A stretch of DNA of 64,000 bases from Lytechinus pictus. Lineage: Eukaryota. Position 1 is the first letter of the stretch. Every line of letters starts with the position of its first letter. The position numbers were made by a program, and so were the translations under genes. The notes beneath the pieces are model-generated. The model ran no database searches, was not told the DNA's origin, and was given only the letters and a program-made list of their open reading frames with translations. Location of the stretch: NCBI RefSeq assembly GCF_037042905.1, contig NC_087245.1, forward strand, positions 35,962,001 through 36,026,000. The letters run 5' to 3'. Shown piece by piece: positions 1 to 13,750 of this stretch.

Positions 1-100
1 AAAACCAAGGATTGGAGAAAATATCGCAAAAGTGCTGCTGTAATTTCGGTTTGAGCGATTTAGATTTTCCCTGTACAAAAACGCCATGGAAAAAATGTGA

Positions 101-243
101 TACGACGTTTTGACTGACCGCGATTTCAATGCGCGCGATCAGTCAAGCGTCGTATCGCTTTTGCACATGCTTAGTCACTGCAGTGCCGGTACGACGGTTT
201 GGCTGACCGCGCGCATTGAAATCGCGGTCAGTCAAAACGTCGT
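101..243. repeat. ~45-bp inverted repeat, probably inside a DNA transposon truncated at the window start
   Basis: cgacgttttgactgaccgcgatttcaatgcgcgcg (103-) is mirrored by cgcgcgcattgaaatcgcggtcagtcaaaacgtcg (-243). Confidence 0.7.
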
Positions 244-1479
244 TTCGCTCTGTTGCTCTGCTACAGTACACGTTTCCAATATGATTTACGCATTTTATAA
301 AAAAAATTGTATGACATCGCGGTGAAAATCCCCTCATATCTCAGAAGCTAAAATGAATTGCATCCTATAAATTTAGTTATGAATAGAATAGGACTTGTAT
401 TTTCATTTTCTGCAAAAATCTCAAAATCATTTTTTTTTGGGGGGGACCAAAATTGACTAATACGACGGTTCGGATAACGCCAATGAAATGTGAAAGTGTG
501 CATATGTTTTCAAACTGTGGACTTCAATCACGTGATAATTAAAAGTGTGTACATGGGGATGTGGTTGAGGAAGATAATAATGTGTGGAGGAAAAATTGAC
601 AGGTCACAAAGAAATGCCCAATGTAAGTAGCTAAAACCTTCGAAAATGCATCAAGTGTTATATACCGCATTTAAACAAGTGTTTAGGGAATTACGAAGTA
701 TGTACATGTATTTATCAGTTTGTAACTGCTTCAGAGAAAAGTACTTCATAACATTATATGAGAAAATATCATTCTTATCACAAGTATTTTTAAACATCGA
801 ACGTAAGGTTTGGTTGGTTGTTTTAATATGCATTACATCAGTGTGGAGCAGAGTCCTGTTAGATGATCCCAGCTTTCTACTTTGTTGATTGATGTAATTG
901 GCGCCCAACTACACAATACGCTTTCTCAATCAAGCGGACAGCGAAATCCCCCCACTCACCGCCGCAAGAAAAATTAGTTTTACGATTGATTGATTTTTGG
1001 GGTTGCTTGCCGCCCCCAAGGCAAAAAAGGCATCATGAGACAGCATGAAATATGCATTATTTGGGGGGGGGTAATTAGCCCGAAAAAATTGGCTTCGAAA
1101 ATAGCGCTGATCTAATGAGGCAGAAAAACAACCCTAGCTGATAACTTGAATGCTGTCTGCCTGACGCATGAAAAGAGAGATGTATAACTCACAGTTGATA
1201 AAAAAAATGGGCAATCTTAAAATGAACATTATAATGATTATGGCGTTGTGGTTGCCGAGTTTACAGTAAGCATTATGCTATGATTAGAATTTGATAAATT
1301 AGGAGGGATGATGCAGCAAAGTAAACTGTGTAAAGTAGGTCAGTTGTGTTATGATGAAAAAGAGCTAGGTCAATACTGATGTGAATTAAAAAAAAAACGA
1401 AAGGAATCGGGTCATTGATATTCATGAGTAAGTCCTAGTAACTATAATACGTGTAGTTAATGGTATCGATGATTCGAAG

Positions 1480-1865
1480 TTTTAAACTGCCATCTACTTG
1501 ACGAGATAATGAGACGATCTAGCCATGCCATTTTGATGACGTCATTATGCCAAAACTTGGACATATTTCATCTTGATATGTCGACTTAATATTCTTATTG
1601 TGTCGACGTGCTAAAATATATTTTCTTGCCCAGTTATATACGTCGTCATTGTGGGTTGTATTATCGTTATCTACTAAATATCTCACCGTGACCATGATGG
1701 CGGCATGTAACTTTGCATAAGTTGACTCGGCAAGATAACGTGTCTCTTCACAACGTGGTTTACGTCGACTTGGCAAGATTACGTATCTTTCCATGTCGAC
1801 CTTATAAAGCCTTTCAGGCGATACTGTAGGGCAAAGTATTTCATAAAGTAGATGCCACTTTAAAG
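1480..1865. mobile_element. Degenerate MITE-like element with gccatgtcgac/ggcaagata motifs, related to the core of the foldback element at 19510-20170
   Basis: Short inverted ends (ttaaactgccatctactt / aagtagatgccactttaa) and shared internal motifs with 19540-19780. Confidence 0.4.
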
Positions 1866-2279
1866 CTTCCGTAGGTATACATGAGAATAGTCCTAGTAAC
1901 TATAATATATGACAGTATCGATTTTACTGTCTGAACTTTAAGTGTATATGGTTCCTACGTATACGGGAGTGTTGTGAACAGCCCATCTGATGGACATCGT
2001 CTTGATTGGAAGGGGCTTTGAATTAAGCTCTCAATTACGGTCGCAATTAAATAGATAGGTTATGATGTTTCATTTACGGATTATGTGGAGAGAGGGGAAA
2101 GAGAGGGGGAGTGATGTGGGTACTGTCCCACCAATGGAACCGATACCAAACCGACCGACCGTATGTCATTGGTAATGACGTAACAGCTTTTGACGGTGTA
2201 GAACCAAGTTTACCTGTGTGACTGGACCTTTATATAGGAGAGGCAGAGATATGAAATGATAGGAGTCAAGGGTAACGTG

Positions 2280-2580
2280 TAGAAAGAAAGAGAGGAGAGT
2301 GGGGTGTGTGTGGGTGGGCTCGCGTGTATGAGATAGGATCAGTTGTGTGTGTATGGGTGTGTGTGGGGTGTGTGTTTGTGATGTGATGGAATGCGGGTGT
2401 GTCTGAGACAGAAAGAGAGGGAAAGGGAGATGTATGCGTATCTAAGCTCATGCGTTTGTTTGGTTTGAGGGAGAGGGTGTGTGTGCCAGGGTGTGTGTGT
2501 GTGTGTGAGGGCGATATTAACATACAAGGACAGGTTTCGGAAAGAGAGAGAAAAAGAAGATAGGGAAGGTAGAAAAAAAT
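2280..2580. repeat. Mixed (GT)n/(GA)n low-complexity tract
   Basis: Direct reading; source of the spurious THTH ORFs. Confidence 0.85.
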
Positions 2581-2594
2581 GAAAAGGGGTCTGA

Positions 2595-3011
2595 GTGTAA
2601 TTTTCTTGTGTTTCTTATGTTTTCTTAAATTATTTCATAAAATCATAATTTTTTCATTATTTAATACTTGTGTGAATAATATGTCTCCCTTATAATGAAA
2701 TAAGTTGCAGCAATAAATATCGAATGCACTAAATCAGTTGTCAATCCAATTTTGTCTAGTTCTTGGAGGAAAAAATTTGAATAAACCTAATTTAATACAA
2801 TAAAATACAACAGAACAAGTGGGGATATGACATCATCAGCCCACCTAATGAATATTCATGACGACTGTTTTCACAAAATATTGCTAATCTTTAAAATTCA
2901 ACAATTTTGTTATTTGTTATCCGATTTTTATGAAATTTCCAGCATTTTGCTCAGTGAAATCTACTCTATTTATTAAGCTATAAATACTTTCAGCCCGGAC
3001 CATCCCTTTAA
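2595..3011. mobile_element. Partial TTAA-flanked (Kolobok-like) MITE, one end only
   Basis: Ends cagcccggaccatccct-TTAA and shares 'atccgatttttatgaaattt' and 'atgacatcatcag' motifs with the full TTAA MITEs downstream. Confidence 0.55.
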
Positions 3012-4589
3012 GCATAAAACGGTTAAAAACCTACGACAATGATGGTAAAGTTCATATAGTTATCAGCGCTGTATTTAAATAGCGTTTTTACTGTTTCATT
3101 ACAGTACTTTTTCAATCGATTCTCTCGATTATTCAATAAAGATCTACTGACTAGTCATTGTAAAAAAAGCAATAAATTGTTTTATTAAGTGGTGTACAAT
3201 ATGGAAACTACTATTCAAGTAAAGAAGAATTTGTCAGTCTGCCCACTGCTACCCCATAATTCCCCCATAGTCTCCCTTTAAACGTTGATGCATGATAAAG
3301 ATCAATACAGAGCACATCAATGTAAAATACTTCAATAAAAGCATGTCTCATGGTTTTTCCCCCAACACGTTCCTTACCGAACATTATTTATCTCAGTTTA
3401 CCTTGAATAACATTATGATAGAAGAATATCAACCAAAGACTGCCTGAATATACCCTTCACATTTCAATTTCTAAGGCGAGCGAATAAACAAGGACGCACT
3501 GCATGTCGTATCGGGTCAGATTAAAGCGCGCCTTTTCCTAGGCAAAACTTCACCTATTTTATTGCTTTCGTTTTAATGTTATAAATGTGCTTCTGAGGGG
3601 CATTTCAGTAACATTTTCCGTCCGTCAAGTTGTCTGTTTCTGATAACCTGTTTTTAATTTTGACTGGCTGAGACGCGATGTTACTCTGGTCTGATAAAAA
3701 AAATTGTTCTGACACATTATGTCATGAAACGCTCTGGACAGAGTTCGTGTTGTTTTTTTCCGAAATGAAAAATGATGAATAAAGAAATGGGCAAAGAAGG
3801 AGTAAGTGGCTATATCGACCCCTCTCATCTTTGTCAATGTATCATTTGTATTTCTAATTAATCAAATACCTAGCATGACCTATTTCAGCTATTTAGATTA
3901 CTGTAAAAGATGGACTGGTACAAGGAATAGACGCTCAAACAATACACCCAAGCAAAAGTTCATTACAAAATTGAACCACCAGTGGTATGTAGAAACATAT
4001 CCAAATCTGTGAGAGTAAAGATTTAGGCACAGTACGTGTGAAAATCTACAAGTGAGCGAGCAAAGCGAACACAAATAGATTGACATTTTTAGATAGATTA
4101 GTATTAATGACAGTTTTCTGGGATTTGTATAACAATCATTTCGTCAGGGTGAACTACCCTCTTTAACTGGAGGCGACATTATCAAGATGAAGATGCAAAG
4201 ATTTTGACAAGATTTTTTCAAAAAATTCAAATTGGTAGTATGTGTTTAACATTCTGAGGCAGGCAAGCAGTGTTGATATTCATATCAATACGCCAATGTA
4301 TCATGCATACCAAGCCCTAGAGAACTCGGTATATATAAAGCGTAATTTCCAGATAAGAGATAACATATTTTCGCGATCACGAATAGAGGTGCCCGGGGTC
4401 GCCCTTGGGAGTGAAGGGGGGGGGGGTAACATAAAGATATATGCTTAATATCTACAACTTATTCTAACTTTTTGTACATGGCTCTCTATAGAGTTACAGT
4501 GACACAATAATTATACAATGTACCTCGTACGTTACACGGCCCTGCGAGGCTTTATATGATCTTCTTATATTTTTAAACTATCCTCTTGA

Positions 4590-5015
4590 AACACCGGTAT
4601 TCTAAACAAATTGAAATATTTTATCCTGATTACATTAAAAAATATTTCTCATTTTTTGCATCACATATGAATTATGGAATATTGGCCTGGGGAAACTGCA
4701 ATAAAACTTCAATTCACAAAATATTCAAAATACAATAACGAGCAATGAGGGTGATCAATCAAGTTGGGTATTATTCCCACACAAATCCCTTATTGAAAAA
4801 TAATAAAATACTTAAGATTTCTGCTTTATATGCATTTCATTTTGGAATGTCCATGTTTCGGCTTTCAAAAGATGGATTGCCTGATATAATTATTTGCGCC
4901 TATGTTTCAAAGGAATAATCTAGTCCACACGAATCCCACCCGGCAAAGCGACTCTGTACTCTCCTTGCTCAGAGAACAATGCTTTTGAAGGATCCAGGTT
5001 TTGGAACGGTCTCCC
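4590..5015 (+). mobile_element. Decayed LINE (L2/CR1 group) ORF2 C-terminal fragment
   Basis: Translates to SHMNYGILAWGNCNKTSIHKIFKIQ*RAMRVINQVGYYSHTNPLLKNNKILKI, the typical post-RT motif (YG..WG, KIQKRA.R.I, HT.PL) with an in-frame stop. Confidence 0.8.
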
Positions 5016-5023
5016 ACACGATA

Positions 5024-5585
5024 AATAACAATAATAATAATGATAATAACAATAATAATAATGATAATAATAATAATAATAATCCGCTTTTGTATAACGC
5101 TTAATACATCGGAACGACATGTCTAGGCGCTTTACAGATATATTATTACTCCGGTCATCGAATTCAATCAGTCATTTCCGCACACAATGTGTGCACATCC
5201 TCCACTCCCTTGGGATTATTCCAGTCAGTCGCCGGTGAGGTGCGCGCAGTACTGGACAAGCTACAATGACTTTTACATCATACCTGGTACCCATTTAGCA
5301 CCTGGGGCCCGTTTCATAAAGATTTACAACTGTTGTAACTTTGCCATTATGTCAAATACCATGGCAACCTTGATTCTGATTGGCTGCTGAGCCATGTTAC
5401 AATGGTAGTTGCCATAATGGCAAAGTTACAACAGTTGCAAGTCCTTTGTGAAACGGGCCCCTGGGCCGAGAGTGGCAAATTGTGGATAAACGCCTTGCCA
5501 AAGGACGCCAGACCGCGGTGGGATTCGAACACACGACCCTCTGTTTGCAAGACGAGAGTCAGAACCACTACACCACGGCCCCTCA
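5024..5585 (-). mobile_element. tRNA-derived SINE with (TTA)n tail, interrupted by a MITE
   Basis: Minus strand reads gggccgtggtgtagtggtt (A box)...gtgttcgaatcccacc (B box); core ggtacccattt...cacctggg is shared with the copy at 32060; (AAT)n at 5024-5082 is the tail. Confidence 0.8.
5305..5460. mobile_element. Palindromic MITE with 3-bp CTG target duplication (PIF/Harbinger-like)
   Basis: TIR gggcccgtttca / tgaaacgggccc; CTG at 5302-5304 and 5461-5463; removing it restores the SINE core. Confidence 0.85.
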
Positions 5586-5959
5586 ACGATGTGGTACATA
5601 TTACCTTACTAATTATTTTCAAACATAAATTGAAGTTGATGTTGATTGTTTCTTACAATTTTCCTGTGTAGGTTATATAGACAATTTTACAAATATTGTT
5701 AGTACACTCTGGTTGATTTATGTCCAAAGAATAGGAGTTTGAACACGAGAATGTGTGGTGGTCCTTTATCAACAGAGACCGGTGTCATTCTCCAAACTAT
5801 CCAAAATGCTCGTCTCTTTTGAGGTAACACTTGATAAGCCAGAGTAGCAAGACATTGTGGGGAAAATTGATATTGCTCTGAACATAATAAGCAAATTGGC
5901 TGCATTAATAATTGGTTGTAAATGGAAGATCAGATTTTATAAAATTATATAATATCAGT

Positions 5960-6183
5960 ACACACTTAAAAAGTCGGGCAACATACTGTCCACTGTGTTG
6001 GGTAATGTATGTTGGTAATATATATTCTGGGCAATTATTATCAAATTGAGCAAATTTATTACCCAATTATTAGTTTTTATTACCCAATTTGGACAGATTT
6101 TAACCTATAGTTGTGTGGACAATATGTTGCCCAGGGTTGGATTAAAAATGGGCATTTTTTTGCCCAACTATTTTAAGAGTGTA
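5960..6183. mobile_element. Short MITE
   Basis: acacacttaaaaagtcgggcaa is inverted to ttgcccaactattttaagagtgt. Confidence 0.55.
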
Positions 6184-6384
6184 TACAGACCAGTATGCTC
6201 CAATCAATATTGTTTAAATATACACATTTATTCTGTGGAAAATCCTTCTCCTATAAATACAGAATGAAGAATGGTCCGTCGACTGCTAAATAATGTGCAG
6301 GGATAGGATGATGTCTCTTGTAATATAGGGTTACAAGAACTTAATGATAATTTAAGCTGAAAGTCAACAATTCAAATTACTTAC

Positions 6385-6841
6385 CAATGGTGCTGACAAC
6401 CGTCAGAGAGAATAACATAGATCCAAAGAATGACCATTTCTCGCCATCATCAAGATACTCCATGAAGACCATAGATTTAGCCGTATAATTCTTTTGCTTG
6501 TCAGATAATCTACTGATGGCATTATCAGTCCAGTTCCTGACATTTATGGTCGTTGCTTCCTGGAAGAGTTCCTCGAAGTAGTCTTCCATTTCCCTTCTTA
6601 TTTCACCTCGCAATGCTGCTTCTTTTCCCATTTCGATGTTCCTGAAGGCTATGGCGCCAAGTAGTAGGTAGGCGCAGAGCATAGCGGTCAGGCCGACGTA
6701 GGAGAAAAGAAACTGGATGAAGGCCCGAAAATAATGGCAACATTGTTCTCCAGCGCTTGGTCGATCGATGATGTCGACCCGACCCTCCTCGATGTCGAGT
6801 AGGGTCGGACTGTTACTCGATGCTTGAAGACGATTCTCCAT
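6385..6841 (-). CDS. Two-pore-domain potassium channel (K2P, TWIK/KCNK family), first coding exon
   Basis: ATG at 6841; TM1 (YVGLTAMLCAYLLLGAIAFRNIE), cap helix, pore helix WSFFGSMLFSLTVVSTIG; a phase-1 GTAAGT donor splits the TIGYG filter, a common K2P intron position. I did not find downstream exons within 1-6384. Confidence 0.92.
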
Positions 6842-8308
6842 CGTTGGCAATGATCACGGCCGAATATCCAAAATGGTGTTAAGAATTGCACCACCTCAAA
6901 GAATCACTCAATTCATGACATTGTTTTCTACTGTTCGTCTGCTCGGGGAAGCTATTACAAGAGGACATTTACGTTGGTCAATATCAGGCTCAGCCAACAA
7001 ATGATATTTCAAGTATACAATATGTTGAATAAAAGACTAGAGAGACAAATAATTGTTGGTTTTTCTTCCAATTTGGCAATTATCTTTATCGGTTAATGCA
7101 CCGTTCACGAACATGTACCTTCAATTTCCTCGTCTATGCTATTTCAAGACAACCGACACAAACCATGATTGTGATGAGATTTCACAAGAGACCATAACTT
7201 TTACGATAAGAAGTGAAAAGCCAAGAGCATAAAGGTACATAACAAACTTATACGTCTCTTGCCGTCCAAACGGTCGCTTGTACCTTACACATATTAAAGA
7301 TTTTTTAATAATTTTCCGTCAAGCAAATACAATATTCCAACACGTCGTGTATATACCGTTGTTACAAACAATGCAGAAAATATCCTTAGCGCTAAACTGC
7401 CAAGCGCGATTGTAGAAGTATTATCCTAGTTAAGTAATCCATTTCGGATTCGCAACGTTGAAACACATAGCAAACTATATTCATAGCAATTGAATCCAAA
7501 AGCAATCGGCTCGATTTATATTGTTAACAACCAATTATCTCGTTATTAAATGCCCAGGATATGTCCAGGGGAGAGTGACACCTTCCAAAAAGTTTCCTCC
7601 TATTACGAAATTTCCGCTGTTCATCTTGTTAGAACACGAGAACACAGTTCGACACCACTCCCATCGCCGCATAATGGGCCGACACGATTAAGATGACGAT
7701 GCATAGATTTTGACAAGAAAATGCAGCTGCACTTTACCGCCATAACTATTTTCACGTTTAGTTCAATTTCGCCCCCTGCACCCGGCTTCACCTCTCCTCT
7801 TTTTTGTCTTAATGTTTTGTTTCCCTTGCTTCTCTCTCCGGGGATGAGCAGATAGCCAATGTGAGATGGCAGGAATTAGGAGAGGTGTGATAAGACCTTC
7901 CGTGGTAGTTAAGCGCTCGCTTGGCGGTGAGCTTCATTCATACAGACTCGCTCTATCCAGCCAAGTTGAGTAAAGCCCATCTCATTGGACCTTGATACCA
8001 GCCCATGAGGAGAACGATAGGATTCCAGCTGACTGATGGCGCCAAGCTCATCAACAACATGGATGGCAGCGCCAACCAAGATTGATGAGTATACGGATTG
8101 GTTCTTTCAACATTAAAACATGTTTTATGTCAAAAGGAAGAGAATTGGAAAGACAATGAGAAAGTAAAAAATATATTTATATAAATATATATATATATAT
8201 TTTTTTTTTTTACTGTGATTTTGATTGTAGTAATACATAGGAAAGGGGGTATGACGCTTGAAAACGGGGAATATAAGGGCCCATAATTATCTATGGGTCC
8301 TGTCTAGG

Positions 8309-8724
8309 GATTCGCTATCGCTTTAATGATTCATTGTTTATCGCGAAATGTGTTTTCTCCCTCCCTCTCTATCTCTAATTTATCATTGTCTTCATGTAAA
8401 TAATGACAGTATGAAAGGGTAAAAGTTTGTTCGCTTGTTTAAAGGGTGAGGTGTTTTAACATTATTTTATGTGCATAAACTGTTTTAAGATAGGAAAATA
8501 CTATCACCACCACCACTATCATTATTGCTGCTGATGCTGCTGCTGCTACTATTACTACTACTACTAATACTAATACTACTACTCCTACCACTACTACTAC
8601 TAATAATAATAATAACAATAATACTACTACTAATACTTGTACCACTACTACTCCTCCTCCTCCTTCTCCTTCTCCTCCTCCTACTACTACTACTACTACT
8701 TCTACTACTAATACTACTACTACT

Positions 8725-8757
<33 letters not shown>

Positions 8758-8758
8758 G

Positions 8759-8794
<36 letters not shown>

Positions 8795-8842
8795 TTACTA
8801 CTACTAATAATAATACTAGTACTACTATTACTCCTCCTCTTC

Positions 8843-8893
<51 letters not shown>

Positions 8894-8941
8894 CTACTAC
8901 TACACTACTTCTACTACTACTACTACTACTACTACTCCTCT

Positions 8942-8997
<56 letters not shown>

Positions 8998-9549
8998 ATG
9001 ACTACTACTACTACTACTACTCCTCCTACTACTATTGCTACTACTCCCATGACAGCTACTTATCCTTGTATTTTGATTACTAGTCTGTTAACAAGCATTA
9101 GCAAGCATTGCTAGCAAGTAAATTAAAAAAGATAGGCTCTAACGAAAGAGGTAAAGCAAATTTTTAGCCATATTTTGATATTCAAATGTAAAAAGGAGGG
9201 TACTCTGAACATCATTGCCGAGCTGATGGATAGTGATTCGCTATCGCTTTAATGATTCATTGTTTATCGCGAAATGTGTTTTCTCTCTCCCTCTCTATCT
9301 CTAATTTATCATTGTCTTCATCTAAATAATGACAGTATGAAAGGGTAAAAGTTTTTTCGCTAGTTTAAGGGTGAGGTGTTTTAACATTATTTTATGTGCA
9401 TAAACTGTTTTAAGATAGGAAAATACTATCACCACCACCACCACTATCATTATTGCTGCTGATGCTGTTGCTGCTACTACTACTACTACTACTACTACTA
9501 ATAATAATACTACTACTTCTACTACTACTCCTACCACTACTACTACTTC

Positions 9550-9585
<36 letters not shown>

Positions 9586-9599
9586 TAATAATAATACTA

Positions 9600-9657
<58 letters not shown>

Positions 9658-9819
9658 GCCACTACTACTACTACTACTATACTACTAGTAGTAGTAGTAC
9701 TACTACAATTACTACTAACACTACTGCTGCCACTCCTCCTACTACTATTGCTGCTACTACTACTACTACTAATACTAATACTAGTACCACTACTCCTCCT
9801 CCTCCTCCTCCTCCTCCTT

Positions 9820-9850
<31 letters not shown>

Positions 9851-10551
9851 TACTACTACTACTCCTACTACTATACTAATTCTACTACTACTACTCCTCC
9901 TCCTACCACCACCACTACTACTACCACTACTACAACAACAACTACTACTACTGCTGCTGCTACTCCTCCTACTACTATTGCTGCTACATCTACTTCTACT
10001 ACTATTACTACTAATAATAATAATACTACTAGTACTACTACTACTACTCCTCCTCCTTCTACTACTACTACTACTATTACTACTAATAATAATAATACTA
10101 GTACTACTACTACTCCTCTTCCTCTTCCTCCTCCTACTACTACTACTACTCCTACTACTATACTACTTCTTCTACTACTACTACTACTACTACTACTACT
10201 ATACTACTACTACTACTTATGACTATTACTACTACTAATACTATTGCTACTACTCCCATTACAACTACTTCTCCTTGTATTTTGATTACTACTCATACTT
10301 CTCCTCCTACTATACTACTTCTACTACTACTACTCCTACTCCTCCTACTATTATTGCTACTACTCCCATTACAGCTACTTCTCCTTGTATTTTATTACTA
10401 GTCTGTTAACAAGCATTAGCAAGCATTGCTAGTAAGTAAATTATATAAAAAGATAGGCTCTAACGAAAGACGTAAAGCAAATTTTTAGCCATATTTTGAT
10501 ATTCAAATATAAAAAGGAGGGTACTCTGAACATCATTGCCGAGCTGATGGA
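8309..10551 (+). repeat. Two-copy tandem duplication (8309-9230, 9235-10551), each copy enclosing a long imperfect (CTA)n microsatellite
   Basis: Left flank gattcgctatcgctttaatgattc at 8309 and 9235; right flank tagtctgttaacaagc...gccgagctgatgga ends at 9230 and 10551. Confidence 0.92.
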
Positions 10552-11412
10552 ACTTGCATGCATGCTAACCCACTGCCCTTTTAACATATTTATAAATATC
10601 ATTTGATTTACAGCGGGGTTTGTAGTGTGATAGGGAACGCTGAAATCATATTTAAGGGCAGGGTAATTGCATTATGTATGGCCATAACATCTTGTAAGTG
10701 AAATGTTTCAATTTCCAATGGCGTGAAAAGGTTGTCACTGCCTACTGCACTGTGCTACCTTGTGATATAGGGAACACTGCATAGGTTATGGTAATTAAGT
10801 CAAACGTGTGAAAATCGTTAATGTTTCATTCAGATAATTTACCATCAACTGTTACAGAGTTTATTGCAGGGCGTCGTCAGTATTTTAATTGGGAGGCAAG
10901 ACGACTCTAGGGGTATCATATAATTAATGCTATGATAAAGTCACTGTCATTCTATACGATTTTCTTTTCTAAAAATGCTTTCGTATCTTGTATATGTAGT
11001 TCTTTACAATATTCGTTCAAGGGATACACAGTTCACACTCTACGAACTCTGTTTTAGTGGATTTCTCCATTTATTTAACTATACTTTTATAAAGAGGTAC
11101 ATGCATTTTCCGCTATCCAAATATTATGATTTTTATTTTATTCATTACATCGTATATATTGGGTATTGATCTGCATTGTAATCTTGTTTACTACGTAGTA
11201 ATCTGCTTTATAATTATTTTTAAATTGAAATGAAATAACCAGTTTGAAACTAGACATTGCAACACATGAATGGGGGGAGATGATGTAAAAAAGGCCTCCG
11301 TGGAGATTATTATGTCATCTATACATCTATAGATGCCTAACATGAATTCACATACATGGCCATATCGGGGGGGGGGGGGTTCATTATAATATGGCCACTG
11401 GATACGGGGTCT

Positions 11413-12290
11413 CATGCCTCGTTTACATTTGCTACGATAGTCGTACGATAGAATAAGCCACGATTTGTATGACATCGTGGGTGGCTAGACCGCCTAGACG
11501 GACTGCAATTTTGTGTTTGACATCATTTGGTCATTGTACGATTTAATGTATTTGGTATATTAGGTGGCTAAAGAAAATGTAATATACAGAGTCCCTGTAT
11601 TGGTCGTACTCGTACAGATATCCTATGATGCCCCTGCTGATCGTAGAATGTCCTTACAAAATGTCATGCCCATGTACTGATCGTACGGTGAAAGTGCTCT
11701 CACCGTACGATGCCCCTTCGATATGTTTCATGGCTACAATAAAAAAAAAGAGTAATATACCATCTACATGTGGTATACGATCATCCAAGATGCCCGTTTG
11801 GTGATCTTGCTTATGGTACGATCTCCTAATATGGCATATGATTAAGACCGTATGAATTTTGTTCGGTTTCACGATCATTGTAGATTTTTTTTTGTGTGTG
11901 TGTCTTCAAAATATAAGGATCGTAGCCCTTAAATACATCGTAGAGGTAAGGCAAAGTTCATTGTATGATCGTTGCAGGGCCATCGTACGATCAGGCACAG
12001 GGACATCGTACAATGTGCAGACATCGTAGGATAAGCACAATGACACAGTAGGATCGTACGGGCATCCTTTACCTCAGCACTGTTTTATCGCACGATCAGC
12101 CTAGTGCAGGGACAAGAAAGGAAATCTCACGATTATCCCAAAATATTGTAAGCATACAATCGTAGCCTGTAGCCACCTACGATGCCACCAAATAAAGATC
12201 ATGGACTAATATCGTAGGCCTATGATTAGCAGGATACGATCTACTTACGTGCACCCTACAATGGTCGTAGCCCAGATGTAAATGGAGTGT
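11413..12290. mobile_element. Degenerate MITE rich in ATCGTACGAT motifs
   Basis: Ends ctcgtttacatttgctacgat / tcgtagcccagatgtaaatggag; inner inversion catcgtgggtggcta / tagccacctacgatg. Confidence 0.6.
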
Positions 12291-12849
12291 TAGATTTTAG
12301 GAGGTTTGAGATTAGTATTAAGACATCAATCCAAAGAAACCTTACCAACTGTATGTGATCAAATTGACAGTGAGATGCGGCAAAGGAAAATGTTAAGATG
12401 GTGCAATGAAGAAATGACCACAGAGTGAAAGAGAGGGAGAGAGAAAGGGAGTAAACGAGTGTGAGAGGGGAGTGAGGGAGATAGATAGCGAACATGTGCT
12501 ACCAAATTCGTTTAGAGCTGTGGAGTGAACAAATGAAATCAGATCTGGTAGTTCGATTAGCGGGGCAAAGATAAACCCATTAGTTTTGTCTATTCAGATC
12601 AGTACAGAACTAATGTCATATCAGGGTATTCCCACGAGAGGTACAATGACGTCACAATAATGAAACTTATTTCTTATAAACGTGCATTTTGATTTTACTA
12701 AATCTTTGCAAAGGTTCATTTTCTATTATTCGCATTAATGTTACCATAGTAAGTCACAAGCTAGTGTGATGATAATATAGTATTTATTGATTAAGTATGT
12801 CTCATTTTCTCTATATATTATAATTCATATTTTAATGATAAAATAATTA

Positions 12850-13750
12850 TTACCAACAATCAAGAAATCAGTTACATGCAATATCAAACATAGCATTACA
12901 ATAAAAAGAAATAATAAAAAAATAAAGGAGTGTCATGAATTTTATCATATAGAGATTACTACGGATGACCATGAACATTCACCAAAAACTAACAAAATCA
13001 AATTTACATTTGCGTAAATGAATAGTTAGTTTCCCTTGTTTTCCGATACTCTGTTTATTAATTATTATTCAAATAAACTTTAAATATTGGTAGGTGGAAG
13101 GATAAAATATTTAAGCAAAAGAAAGATATTATAAGTCACAAATCTGTCATCGTTATCCTAACATTCTTTCAAAGGGTGTAAATTTGATATCACTTTGCGT
13201 TTCATAGCTTTTATCACTTCGTTCCAAAGAGGTTGGATGTGGGTACATGCCATAAACAAACGGAAAATGTTTCTGGTTAGCTTTGCAAAAAGAGCAATTT
13301 GGATAGTCGTTTCTTCTGATTTTATGTAAAACACATTATAGGGGCGATTGATTTATGAAAAAAATAAAATAAAGAGAACGAAAACAAGAAGGCCTATGTC
13401 TTTTTTTTGTTCAAAATGAACGCATATCTGTATATAAAAGCACTTGTTTTCTAAAGTTCAGACGATGAAAGGAGATTCCTACGAAAGCATGACAGAGATG
13501 GTCAAAGCTGATTTTACACAAAAATTTGTTTTATTAAAGCGAACACTTAGTCTGTTTTTTAATTTGACGAATTTACACATTGTATAGGGGATATGCGCAA
13601 ACAAACATACTGATATACCAGAAAATGATGAAATATGAAGAATCATGGCCAAAAGGAAAGAAAATCAGTTAAAATGTAAGGTAGGGTAATTCAACATTAA
13701 CATCAACACAGATTAACAAAGTATCAAATCTTATTCTGGCGAGGCTTTTT
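12850..13750 (-). mobile_element. Decayed L1/Tx1-type LINE 3' fragment
   Basis: Minus strand gives HKIRRNDYPNCSFCKAN / ETF / RLFMACTHIQPLWNEVIK ... IFLLLKYFI with frameshifts, matching the CxxC..ET..HLF..C...W C-terminal zinc-binding motif. Boundaries approximate. Confidence 0.65.

Noticed and set aside
5500..5585. tRNA gene (also 32130-32205 and 56305-56350)
   Set aside because: A/B boxes are followed by SINE body or are degenerate; no complete cloverleaf.
8048..8075. REST/RE1-like site upstream of the K2P gene
   Set aside because: Only about 14 of 20 positions match, with mismatches in the core.
8439..10401. Long poly-V/L/Y/T ORFs
   Set aside because: Translations of the (CTA)n microsatellite.
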